In this document: positions 25,991 through 37,640 of the stretch, piece by piece
Position numbering within the stretch: the stretch's first letter is position 1
Layout: each line of letters starts with the position of its first letter
Source of the DNA: Camelus dromedarius
Taxonomy: Eukaryota
Direction of reading: 5' to 3'
Assembly: GCF_036321535.1 (NCBI RefSeq)
Contig: NC_087437.1
Span: 19,160,001-19,224,000 of the forward strand
Length of the DNA stretch: 64,000 nucleotides
Translations under genes and position numbers: made by a program
The notes under the pieces: generated by a model
The model's database searches: none
Seen by the model: the letters and a program-made list of their open reading frames with translations, nothing else
Told to the model about the DNA's origin: nothing

Positions 25991-27939
25991 GAGAAAGTAC
26001 TGGGAAATACCCTAAAAACTATGTAATGTAGTATTGTTGTTTTAGGAGATTGACAGAAACCCCAAAGCTGAAAGGAAAACATTATAAGGTAAGGTTCCAG
26101 CCACACCTGTGCAGATTACTAAGAAGTAGCAAAAATGGTCCAGTGAATACTCAACTTGATTGTACATTATCTACCTCCAGCCTATGTAAAAGAAAATGGA
26201 GATTTAAAAGGAATTCAGGAGTCTTTGTGTCCTCCCAGTCCACTACTCCATGGTGAAGACAGAGGTGCTGTCCCCAAACAGGTTAATAGGACTTCAGAAG
26301 TACCTGTAGAAATTGGGAGTGGACTGTCAGAGGGGAAGTCTAGCACTAGCCCTGGAAGGATATTTGCTGAGTTTCAGAAACCCATGGGCTATCTTGCTGC
26401 ATGAAGTAAAGGGAAAGGCAGTGAGAGTGATTATGGCACACATCCCATGGAGTTTGGAGTGGGGATGATTGTGAATATGGAGATTGCCGCGTGCTTTTTT
26501 CCTGGGTCTTGAAGGGCTGGCTGGAGGGGCTCATGGAGGCAGGGGGAGGGGCAAGGGCAGTGGCAGGAGAGCAGCCTCACATGAGAGTTTCCTGTAGGTC
26601 TTGTAGACGCCATGGGAGGTACTAGGGCTTGGGCTTTCTTGACAGGACCTGCCTACTGGGAAGAGGGAACCTGAGTAGTAAGAGGCCAGGAGAAGGACCA
26701 CTTGGCTGGGGGTGGAGGGGAGGTGGGGTCTTGAGAAAGGGGTCAAAGAGGTCAGCCAGGGGGTGCATAGCCATCCTTAGGGAGCTGTACTGTGCAGAGC
26801 GTGGGTCTCTAAGAGCCTACAAATGCATTCCCATTGGGTGGGTGGGGTGATCTGCGTTTTGATGTCTGATGTTACAGAGGGCGAAACAGCCAGCAGTGTC
26901 TTAGAACTACAAGCAGGAGTTGCCTCCTCCTTTCTCTAGTCACCTACATGCACTCCTATTACATTCAGCCCCTTCAGCATCCAGGTAGGTTAGTGACATA
27001 ATTAGCAAGTTCTCTTATGAGCTCTGTGTGACAAAGAGCATCACACATGTGGAGGTTGATCTATGCTGCGCTGTTTGCTGTGCCCCTGCTCTGCTGGGGA
27101 GGAGAGATAAACTGGAGATCGTGAGGGTCAGCCTCCCGACTGCACAGACAGGGTAATTAGGGCCCAGAGAGGAGAAAGGCTTTGCCCAAGATAACATGGG
27201 CAGTCTGTGTGGGAGGCTCCTGACCCCTCCAACTCCTGGAAATTTGGAAGCTAAGGCACCTCCCTGGTCATTCAACACAGACAGCTCTAATTATAAAAGG
27301 ACTCAACTTGGGACAGGGTTGTGGGGGAGGGGAACAGGGAGAGGATGAAATGTAGACGCTCTGAATTTCATTTTCATCATCAGATGTTTCTCGGGGAAAA
27401 TGATAGTTCCAGCCTAGACAGGGAAGTGGAAATGCCCTGTGCTAATGTCTGGAGGTGGTGGAAAGCACTTCATTTTAACTCTGTTCCCCCAGCAGTCATA
27501 CTCTTCTGTTTGAAACTGCCAATCAACCTTCCAGCAAAGGAAAACACACACACACCTCTGCACAAATGGCTTTGATTACGCTTAGCTGTAGGTTTAAGAA
27601 AATTTAATCATCTTAACCTGTTTAGTCTTTTTCCCTGATGAAAATCATCAGTCAGATTCCAGCATGAGCCAGTTAGAGCTGAGCTGCTGTCAGCACCGTT
27701 GTTTATGTTAATACATTATAGGCATGAAATGGGGGAAAGGAGAGTTATGAGAAAAGGTCCTGAGTGAATTAGGAGAGTGGGAGTCTGCGGCAGCCCCCGA
27801 GGCCGACAGGCGGGGCGCTGGAAGGACTGTTTATTTATGAGTCTCAAGATAGAACCTCCTCTACCTGTTGGAAAGGATGTTGAGAAACTCTCAAGTATAT
27901 TTCTGTCCATGGTCAGGACCTGCCTTCAGCAGAACTGAA

Positions 27940-28080
27940 GGTTTGGAACTCCATAGATGCCATTTGCTAGCTGTGTGACCTCGGACAAGTTCCTTAACCT
28001 CTCTGAGTGTGGTTTTCTCATCTGAGAACTAGGACTAACAGGTCTTTGAGGTGGGATTGCCTGACTCACGTGCGTAGGGA
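27940..28080 (+). mobile_element. MIR SINE
   Basis: gctagctgtgtgacctcggacaagttccttaacctctctgag. Confidence 0.8.
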
Positions 28081-28685
28081 GTCTCTTCCTCACAGGGTGG
28101 GTCCCCTTCTCACAACAGAGAATTCTGAAGCCCGGAGATGGGCAAGGGCTGGTCCAGGCTGCAGCTGGCAGTCCAGTCCAATCAGTGGCAGGGCCCCTTC
28201 CGGCACCCTTCCCCCATGTCACCTGAGCCCGGGTCAGATGCAGTGCCAACAGGGGAGGTAGGAGGTCCCAAGGATGCGCCAGCAGGCTGGAGAAGAAAGT
28301 GGACTGGCCGCCTTGAGGCTGGACCTGGAGCTTGGGTCCTCTTCTCAATGCTACAGGCCAGTCACGGCCATGCCAGCACGTGCCTGTGTGGGGGGCTAGT
28401 GGTGTGTGTCTGCTCCAGGCTAGAGTGCAAAAAGGGGTGGGACATGGGTGCCCTTGAGATGTGTGGTGGGAGGGGTGGGGGTACTGTTCCCCAGATCTCT
28501 GGATTGCGGAGTAAGGACACTTCATCAGCTTAGGCCTGATGTTCCTATAAATACACACACACATGCACGCAGACATGTACACACACAGACTCGCACACGT
28601 GGATATTCACACCCATGCACATACACCCTGCACACATGCAAGTGTACAACACAGTGAATATCTTTGAAGCTGAAGAACTTCTCAC

Positions 28686-29250
28686 TTTTTAAAAAATTTT
28701 ATTGAAGTTGATTTACAATGTTGTGTTAGTTTCTGGTGTACAGCATAGTGATTCAGTTATATGTATATATTCTTTATCATTATAGACTATTACAGGATAC
28801 CGAATATAGTTTCCTGTGCTATACAAGAGGACATTGTTGTTTTATCTATTTTATATACAGGAGTTTGTTTCTGCAAATCCCAAACTCCTTATTTATCTCT
28901 CCCCTGTCCCCTTTGGTAACCATAAGGCTGTTTTTTATATATATATATCTGTGAGTCTCTTTCTGTTTTATAAATGAGTTCATTTGTATCATTTTTTAGA
29001 TTCCCTATGTAAGTGATATATGATATTTGTCTTTCTCTCGCTGACTTACTTCACTTAGTATGATAATCTCTAGGTGCATCCATGTTACTACAAATGGCAT
29101 TTTAAAGTTCTTTTTTAAGGCTGAGTAGTATCCCACTGTCTATAAATATCCCACATCTTCTTTATCCAGTCATCTGTTGATGGATGTTAGTTTGCTTCCA
29201 TGTCTTGGTTGTTGTAAGTAGTGCTACTATGAACATTGGGGTGCATGTTT
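28686..29250 (-). mobile_element. L1 3' end (5'-truncated)
   Basis: attgaagttgatttacaatgttgtgttagtttctggtgtacagcatagtgattcag...gaacattggggtgcatgt. Confidence 0.92.
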
Positions 29251-29720
29251 TCACTCCTTCTTGCCTCTGAGCCTTCACATGGATGGTTCCCCCAACCAGC
29301 AGCACACTTGCTTCCTCCCCTTCATCTGCACAAACTCCTACTGAAGGTTTCTGCTTCAACACCTCTTTTCCAGGGAGACAGTGTCACATCTGCCTGACAG
29401 AGACCTGCCCTGCCCTGCCCCATGCAGCTCTGCTCTGAACCCTCACCACACTCTTGTAGTAACAGATTTGATGTGTGCCTGCTCTGACAATCTGTAAACT
29501 TCATAAGGTCAGGGCCTGCCCAGCGTGGCCACCCTGTGCCCCTGCCCTGGGCCTAGCATTTAATAGGTACTCAAACAATGTAGGTTGAATAGATAAATAA
29601 ATGTACACACTCAACCATCTGTGTCTGCTTCTCCATGACTGGGAGCTTCTTGTGAGTGGAGACTTGTCTTGAATGACCCTGTGGAGATGCTCAGAAGTGC
29701 TTGTTGAATGAATGGGTATT
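29251..29720 (+). mobile_element. L2 3' end fragments
   Basis: gggcctagcatttaataggtactcaaacaatgtaggttgaat; gtgcttgttgaatgaatg. Confidence 0.7.
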
Positions 29721-29826
29721 TGATTCCCCATCCCCAACATACCCACATGTGCATGTGCACATGCACACTCACACACACACCACAAACACACAGAAATTCC
29801 GAAATGGTCGTCATCATCCAGACTTA

Positions 29827-30213
29827 TGTAGTAAATTAAAGATGGCCACAGCTTTTCTTATTGTTCTAATTGCCTGTTCCTTGAATCTGGGATGGCCATT
29901 AGTGACTTAGGATACAGCAAAAATTATGTCCTGGACTTCTGAGGTTAGATCATAGGAAGCCTTGCAGTCTCTGCCTGCACCTCTGGGAACAATTACTCTT
30001 AGAACCCAACTGCCATGCTATGAGGAAGCCCCAGCCAACAGATGACATCAACTTCCCAGATGTGCAGGTTATTTTAGAAATGGATCCTCCAGCCCCTGTT
30101 GTGTTGCCCCAGCTGATGTGCAAAGATGATCTTTCCCTGCCAAGCTCTACCTGAATTGCATATTCATAAACAAAATGAATGATGATTGTTGTTATAAGCC
30201 ACTAAGTTTTGGA
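29827..30213 (+). mobile_element. MLT1H-like MaLR LTR
   Basis: tgtagtaaattaaagatggccaca...cttctgaggttagatcataggaagccttgcag...gccatgctatgaggaagccc...ttataagccactaagttttgg. Confidence 0.82.
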
Positions 30214-30439
30214 GCTCCCAGAGCAAGTTCCCCACCATGGCAGCTGGGCAGTGGTGAGCCCCAGTGATATGGGGGGGTCTGACTTCTCCCAGTAGCCCTG
30301 GAGTCTTCCATTTACTGAAATCTGGGGTCCATGGGGTGGCCTTGCTGATGGAGAGGGCCCAGGGGCTCAGCTGTGAGGAGTGTGAGGGGCTATGTTCTCC
30401 TAGGAATTGAGTCCATTCAACTTGCCTCAGTCAGTGGGA

Positions 30440-30670
30440 CAAAGACAACAACAACAGTAGTGACAGTGACGCTTGTCCTCTGCCAAGCCCTTAACTCTGT
30501 GCAGGGCAGTTGCCCTAAACTGAGGGCAGTTAGCTCTCCCAACAGTCCTGAGAGAGCTGTGTGGTTATTATTCCCATTTAGAGTTGATCCTCTGAAGCTC
30601 AGGACATGTGAGAATCCACCCAGGTCAACATAAGAAGCTGAGTGGGGATTTGAACTAAAAGCCCACACTT
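30440..30670 (-). mobile_element. MIR SINE
   Basis: ttattattcccatttagagttga...tgaagctcagg...ggggatttgaac. Confidence 0.6.
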
Positions 30671-30727
30671 TTTTTCAGGTGGCGGTGGTGGGAATTTATT
30701 TTACAATGAAAGGATTATGACCCCATG

Positions 30728-30907
30728 TAGTGTTTTATCAATTTGAGGATACATATTTCATTTTAACATATCTGAAATCATTATGTATCCTACGATCTAT
30801 GGCTCATTATGGTTTAATTGGGAGCATTTTTTTTTGGTTTGTTTCTTCACAGTGAATAAAAATGGTACATTTAATCATCAGTGATACCTTAGATTCAATA
30901 TAATTAA
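30728..30907. mobile_element. MER104 (TcMar-Tc2) MITE
   Basis: cattttaacatatctgaaatc...gtttaattgggagcattttt...atggtacat...ccttagattcaat. Confidence 0.7.
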
Positions 30908-30954
30908 TATTTTTTCCTTTCATAGAAGTAGAATTATTGAGTAACCTGTTTGTT

Positions 30955-33900
30955 TCCCCCAGCTTTGAGATATAATTGACATGTAACATTGTATTAGTTT
31001 AAGGTAAACAACATAATGACTTGATATATGTATATACTGTAAAATGATCACTATAATAAGTTAAGTTGATATCCATCACCTGGCATAGTTACAAATTTTT
31101 TCTTATATTTACTCTCTTAACAACCTTCAACTGTACAATACAGTGTTGTTAACCATAGTCCCCATGCTGTACATTACATCCCTGGAACTTAATCTTGGAA
31201 CTAGAAGTTTGTACCTTTTGACCACTTTTACCCATTCCTCCAAACCCCAGCCCCTACCTCTGGTTACTAACTGCTTCTGTTTTCTTTTTCTATGAGTTTG
31301 GGTTTAAAAAAAAAAAAAGATTCCACATGCAAATGAGATCATACAGTATTTGTATTTCTCTGTTTGACTTATTTCACTTAACATAATACTCTCAAGGTCC
31401 ATTTGTGTTGTCACAAATGGCAGGATTTTCTCCCTTTTTATGACTGAGTAATATTCCAGTGTGTGTGTGTATACAGCATTTCTTTATCCATTCATCTATC
31501 AGTGGACACTTAGGTCGTTTCAATGTCTTGGCTACTATAAATTATACTGTAGTACACAAAGGTACAGACATTTCTTTGAGATAGTGATTTTGTTTTCTTT
31601 GGATATATACCTAGAAGTAGAATTTCTGGATTATATGGTAGTTCTAGCCTTAATTTTTCTGAGAAAGAAACTGTTTTCAATTGTGGCTGCACCAGTTTAC
31701 CTTCCCGCCAACAGTACGCAAGGGTTCCCTTTTCTCCGCATCCTTGCCCGCACTTGTTACTTCCTACCTTTTTGATAATAGCCATTTTAGCAAGTGTGAG
31801 GTGGTGTCTCGTGGTTTTGATGTGCATTTCCCCGATGATTAGTAATGTTGAGCACCTTTTCATGTATCTCTTGGCCATTTGTATGTCTTTTTTGGGAAAA
31901 TGTATATTCAATTTCCCATTTTAAAATCAATTGTTTGTTTTGTTTTTTAGGTTTCGTTTGTTTTGTGGTTTTTTGCTGTTGAGTTGTATGAGTTGTTTGT
32001 ATTTTTGATATTAACACCTTATCAGATACATGATTTGCAGATGTCTTCTCCCATTCAGTAGGTTATCTTTTCATTTTGTTGATAGTTGCCTTTGCTGTGT
32101 GGAAGCACTTTAGTTTGATGTAGTTCCACTTGTTTAATTTTGCTTTTGTTGCCTTTTCTTTTGGTGTCAAATCCAAAAAATCATCACCAAGGCCTGTGTC
32201 AAGGAGCTTACCCTGTGTTTTCTTTTGTGAGTTTTGTGGCTTCAAGTCTTACATTCAAGTTTTTAATCCATTTTGAGTTGACTTTTGTGTATGGTGTTAG
32301 ATCAAGGTCTAGTTTTATTCTTTTTCATTTAGCTGTCCAGTTTTCCCAACACAGTTTATTGAAGAAACTCCCTTCCCCTGTGTATATTCCTGGCACCTGT
32401 AGACTAATTGACCACACATGCATGGGTTTATTTCTGGCCTCTTTATTCTGTTCCAGTGATTTATGTGTTTGTTTTTATGCCAGTACCCTACTGTTTTCAT
32501 TCTTATAGCTTTGTAATATAGTTTGAAATCAGGAATGGTGATGTCTCCAATTTTGTTCATCTTTCTCAGGATTGCTTTGGCTATTTGGGTTCTTTTGTGG
32601 TTCCATACAAATTTTAGGATTGTTTGTTCTATTTCTGTGAAAAATGCCATTTTGGAATTTTGATAGGGATTACATTGAATCTGTAGATTGTTTTAGGTAG
32701 TATGGAAACTTTAACAATATTAATTCTTCCAATCCATGAGCATGGAATATTTTTTCCATTCATTTGTGTCTTCTTTAGGTTCTTTCATCACTGTCTTATA
32801 ATTTTCACTGTACAGATCTTTCACCTCCTTGGTTAAATTTATTCCTAGGTATTTTATTCTTTTTTATGCAACTTTAAATGGAATCATTTTCTTAATTGCT
32901 CTTTCTGATAGTTCATTGTTAGTGTGTAGAAGTGCAGCTGATTTTTGTATATTGATTTTGTATCTTGTAACTTTATTGAATTCATGTATTAGTTCTAACA
33001 GTCTTTCTGTGGAGTCTTTGGGGTTTTCTAGGTATAATATTATGTCATCTGCAAATAAAGACAGTTTAACTTACTCCTTTCCTATTTGGATACATTTCTC
33101 TTCCTCCCTCCCTCCCTCCCTTCCTTCCTTCCTTCCTTTCTTGCCTAACTACTCTGACTAGGACTTCCAGACCATGTTGAATAAAAACAGTGAGAATGGA
33201 CATCCTTTTCTGACTCCTCATCTTAAAGGAAAAGCTTCTAGTTTTTCACCATAGAGTATGATATTAGCTGTGGGCTTGTCATACATTATTAAGTTGTGGT
33301 ATATTCCCTCTATACCCATTCTGTTGTGGTTTTTAATCACAAGTGGATATTGAATTTTGTCAAATGTTCCTTCTGCATCTATTGAGATGATCATCTGATT
33401 TTCATCCTTCACATTTTCAGTGTGGTGTATCACATTGATTTTCAGATGTGGGCCATACTTGCATCCCTGGAATAAATCCCACTAGATCATGGTGTATGAT
33501 CTTTTTAATGTATTATTTAATTCAGTTTCTAATATTTTGTTGAGGATTTTTGCATCGATGTTCATCAGAGATGTTGGCCTGTAATTTTCTTTTTCTGTAG
33601 CGCCCTTGTCTGGTTTTGTGATCAGGGTAATGTTGGCCTCGTAAAATGAGTTTGGAAATATTCCCTCTTCTTCTGTTTTTTGGAAGAGTTTGAGAAGGAT
33701 TGGTGTTAATTGTTCTTTAAATGTTTGGTGGAATTCACCAGTGAAACCATCTGGTTCTTGACTTTTGTTTTTGATTACTGATTTAATCTCCTTTCTAGTA
33801 ATTGGTCTGTTCAGCTTTTCTGTTTCTTCAGGATTCAGTCTCAGTAAGTTGTATATTTCTAGGAATTTATCAATTTCTTCTTGGTTGTCCAATTTTTTTG

Positions 33901-34152
33901 GCATATAGTTATTTATAGTAGTTTGTATGATCCTCTGGTTTACTGTGTATCAGTTGTAATGTCTCCTCCTAAATTTTTTATTTTATTTATTTGCATTCTC
34001 TCTTTTTTTCTTTGTGAGTCTAGCTAAAGATTTGTTTTTCTTTTCAAAAAGCCAGCTCTTAGTTTCATTGATCTTTTGTATTATATTTTCAGTCTCTATT
34101 CGATTTATCTCTGCTCTAATCTTTGTTATTTCCTTCCTTCACCTAACTTTGG
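30955..34152 (-). mobile_element. ~3.2-kb 5'-truncated LINE-1 (3' UTR plus frameshifted ORF2 RT region)
   Basis: ORF 33482..33904 contains [21 protein letters not shown]...[17 protein letters not shown]...[19 protein letters not shown]. Further ORF2 pieces at 33218, 32315, 32063 and 31510. Many stops. Confidence 0.96.
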
Positions 34153-35269
34153 TAAAAAAAAAAAACCTCCCATTTTTTTTTATTCCCAATGTTTATTTTA
34201 TCTTAGTTGTCAAGTCTGTGTAAAATCCCCCACTTTTAACCACTACTCAGTCCTACCTTTCTGGCAGGGATGGGATGGGGTGGTGAGCAGCTATTCATCA
34301 AGGACTAATTTATTTATCTTTGAGAGTAATCAGAAAGGCTTTTATTAAAATTATCTGTGTTGATCGTGTAAACCTTAAGAGGACACCAAAGAGTGTGAAG
34401 AGGGCATAGAAACACCCGCCCCACTGCAGGGGAGCACAGCCTGGCATAGGGGCAGCCCAGCTGGGGGCTTAGTCCTGGCAAATTGGAGGAGAGGACTGGT
34501 CACCAGCAGGGACTGGGATCCACCAGTGTGAGACATGAGAGGACACCCGCAGACCCAGGAGTCCTGTGCTTGATGGGTTGTCTGAATGGGATCTGCTGCT
34601 GGGGTGCTGCAGAGAAGGGACATTGGTTGGAGGAAACTGGTAGTCAGGACAGGTTTCCCAGAGAGGTTCTAAGGAGTGAGGTTGGCAGGGTGATGAGGGG
34701 GAAGGAAAGAAATGTGGGACAGGGGACACCAAAGGACTCTGGAGGTGGTACAAAGGAGCATCTGCGAATTTGCTGGAACCCCAGGGGTAGGGAGGGGCTG
34801 AGAGCAGGGCAGGCAGATCTGGAGACGTCCTGACTCAGAACAGGAAGGATGTGGAGTGACCACGTGTACTTGGTGAGCTGAGAATGGTGGCAACAACAGT
34901 TACAGCATGGCCAGAGGCCAGTGGACAAAGACCAGAGAAGGACCATCCAGGACCAGTACTGGCATTGGGCTGAGGCAGCTGGAGGGAGAGGCAGGACTCC
35001 CCTCCTCTAGTGTCTGCAGCTCTTATCTCCCCTGGGGACAAAGAAGGGAGACAGAGAGGAAGAGTCAGTTCCATTGATCAGGAATTGATGGAGAAAGTCC
35101 CACAGAGACTGGGCCTCCTGTGAAATGTCTGGATGGCTGCCTGTCAGCAGTGGACACACATCAAGAGTCAAGCTAGATTGTGAAATAAAGAAAGGCGCAA
35201 CTTTGTCCCCTGGGATCTGGGTATGTAAATTCACACTTTCCTCTACAGCACGTTTAGATTAGCTCTACC

Positions 35270-35390
35270 TCCCCTGTTACAAGTGGGAGATGAGGTACAG
35301 GGGAGTGAAGTTGCTTATCCAAGTAAATAGCAAGAGGCTGGGCTGAGACTTAAGTTCACATCTGTCTGACCCCAAAGTCAACGTCTAGTC
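35270..35390 (-). mobile_element. MIR fragment
   Basis: ttacaagtgggagatgaggtacaggggagtgaagttgcttatccaag...tctgtctgaccccaaag. Confidence 0.6.
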
Positions 35391-37137
35391 CCTTGGTCTC
35401 ACTGTCTGTGCCTGCTCCCTGGGGATCCTGGGACAGTGTCTCAGCTGCATCCCCAGCATACAGACCCACAAAACCAGAGAAGCACCCCTACCCACGCCTG
35501 AGACCTGGTTCCCCAGCTGCTCAGCACCACGCCCTGTGGACAGAGCTGGAAAACATGGCTATAGGAAGCAAGTTTGCCTGGATCCTTTCCTTCTCTTCCA
35601 GTACAACACTGGTCACTGATTGGAGGATATTTCTGGAGTTTGCTCAAGGGCTAGGTCCCATGCACAAAACCCCAGAATGATTTGTCTTCTGAAGGTCTTA
35701 AAACATGGTGGAGAAATCTTGATGAGTCAATCACGGAAAATGATGCAAATCCCCTCGCCTTTGGTGCAGACATCTCCAGCCGAAAGATACCACCTCCAGA
35801 TGTGGTACCCTCTAAAAATAGCAGGTGGAGTCATCTCCCCTGTCTAATTGTTCTGAGTGGGCCCTCAGCGCCATCTGGAAGTGGGTCTCATCAGTGTACC
35901 AGGACGTCACCCCAATTATCTGTGCGCCAGCTCTTCAACGCCAGCCCCACAACAGAGGGGCGGCAGCTGTCTCCGTTCACCCTCCTCCCACAGCAGCCAC
36001 TCTGCCTTGAATGTGCACTGCACACCCTTGTCCTCAGGCCCTGCCAGAGGAAGCCATTCCCGTTGGAGGAAGATCCCAGGGAGCCTCCCGGAGGCAAGAT
36101 TCTGGCTGAACAAGGCAGTTTCCCTCTCCTGGGCCACAGGAAGACCGTTAGTGTGGGTGAGGTTAGGGGCTATTTCTCTTTTCTTCACTCCAGGGAAATT
36201 CGGGCCAGGTCAAGCCACCGGCAGATGCTGCCACTCTGAGTGTGCGGCATCTGCTCCGGATGGCTTTCTTACCAGCAACTCTGGCAGCCAGAACAGAAGA
36301 TGTGCCTGTGGGCCCATCTCTCCCCTGGGTTGTGGCACCTGCAGGGAAGTGTGCAATGCAGGCAGGTCTGGGACAGGCTGTCAGCTAGGTACTTGGTCAC
36401 AGCTGGTTCCAAACTTTGAATGGGGCCTCTGCCCACCTCAGCCTCTGAGCCAATTAGATGGTCTCCCTGTTCTGTCACCTGTCAGCTCTGAGGAGTGAGA
36501 GATGGCGGAGTCCTCAGAGGGTCCCTGACCCATGATGATGAGCTAGGAGTGAAGTGTGTGCTTGGGAGGGGCAGAGCCGGAAGGGGCAAAATCCAAGTCA
36601 ATAACTTTGAGCAGCATGGAAAAGGAGAGAGGAATGGGAGCTGGGTTCCTGACTTGTGGCTGTTAGCTTGGTGCCTGCCTGGCCAGCCCTGCCTTGGGGA
36701 GATGATGCAGAGAGGGAAGCAGAATGTCTTCCAGGGAAGCAGGTGGTGCAGGCTGCTAAGTATGATCTATGGAATTGAAATCATGGACTATTTGGATCAA
36801 AAACGGTTTGTCAAGGTACCAAATGGTTGTACCAGTTATATCTGTGAGAGTCTTTGATCCAGAAAGGACTTAGATGCAATTTCAGGGAACTAGGGTTCAG
36901 AGAGGGAATGTGATACACACACTGCACCCCAGAAAACTAGAGGAAGAGCTGAACATAGGTCAGAGGGCTTGAGACTTGCATCCCTGGGCAGCTTCCCCTG
37001 GTCCCCCTGACTGCTGCCCCTCTTCTCTGAAGGCCTGAGTCTCCACATGGAACCAAACTGTGGGCCCAGTGGCCTGGAGACATGGCTTGCTGTCCCTCTG
37101 AGAAGAGCTGGCAACAGCCAAGCAGCCAGGCCTCCTC

Positions 37138-37175
37138 AGTTCAGCTTAGTTCAGCTTAGTTCAGCTTAGTTCAGC
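37138..37175 (+). repeat. 10-bp tandem repeat (AGTTCAGCTT)x3.8
   Basis: Perfect tandem units seen directly. Confidence 0.95.
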
Positions 37176-37299
37176 AGATTTTCCCAGGTGATGTGCTTGG
37201 ACCAGGATGGTGCACGTCACAGACAGTCCCTGTCTTCTGGGGACTGTGGTCTGGCAGGGGACACAGTCATAGCAGAGCGGGCAGTGTTGAGGCAGAGGC

Positions 37300-37640
37300 A
37301 GCCTCCCTGGGGAGTTTCGCTTTGTCTCTGTGCTTTGGCACGTGTTGTTCCCTTGCCTCCATCCCTTCTCTTCCTGGAGAATTTCTACTCAGCCTGCAGA
37401 CCTCAGCTCCAACTTTGCCTCCTGCAGGAAGCCTTCCTCATCTCTCTCTCTGCTGTACCCCTAGAGCCCCTTCTTGGCACGCATGCACGTGCGCACATGT
37501 GTACACTGGCTTCCCTCTTTCAGGTCAGGTAATCTGCCTCTCAGGTAGACTTTGAGCCCCTTGAAGATAGTGATCATTTGACCAGCATGATGTTTGTGAT
37601 GCCTGGACACTCAGTAAATGTTGATTGAACGAATATGGGA
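37300..37640 (+). mobile_element. L2 3' end
   Basis: cctcctgcaggaagccttcct...tagactttgagccccttgaag...ggacactcagtaaatgttgattgaacgaat. Confidence 0.7.

Noticed and set aside
27926..28582. 218-aa minus-strand ORF
   Set aside because: Overlaps a MIR and a CA-rich tract, has no recognisable domain, and ORFs of this size arise by chance in GC-rich DNA
33482..33904. 140-aa ORF with reverse-transcriptase motifs as a novel RT gene or retron-like system
   Set aside because: It is a fragment of a frameshifted, 5'-truncated LINE-1 ORF2, not an independent gene
35682..36498. Overlapping 185-aa and 213-aa ORFs
   Set aside because: No recognisable homology or convincing exon structure; ORFs on both strands indicate stop-poor GC-rich composition
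37138..37175. Immunoglobulin switch-region-like or CRISPR-like repeat
   Set aside because: Only 38 bp with no spacers and no Ig context; CRISPR does not apply to mammalian DNA
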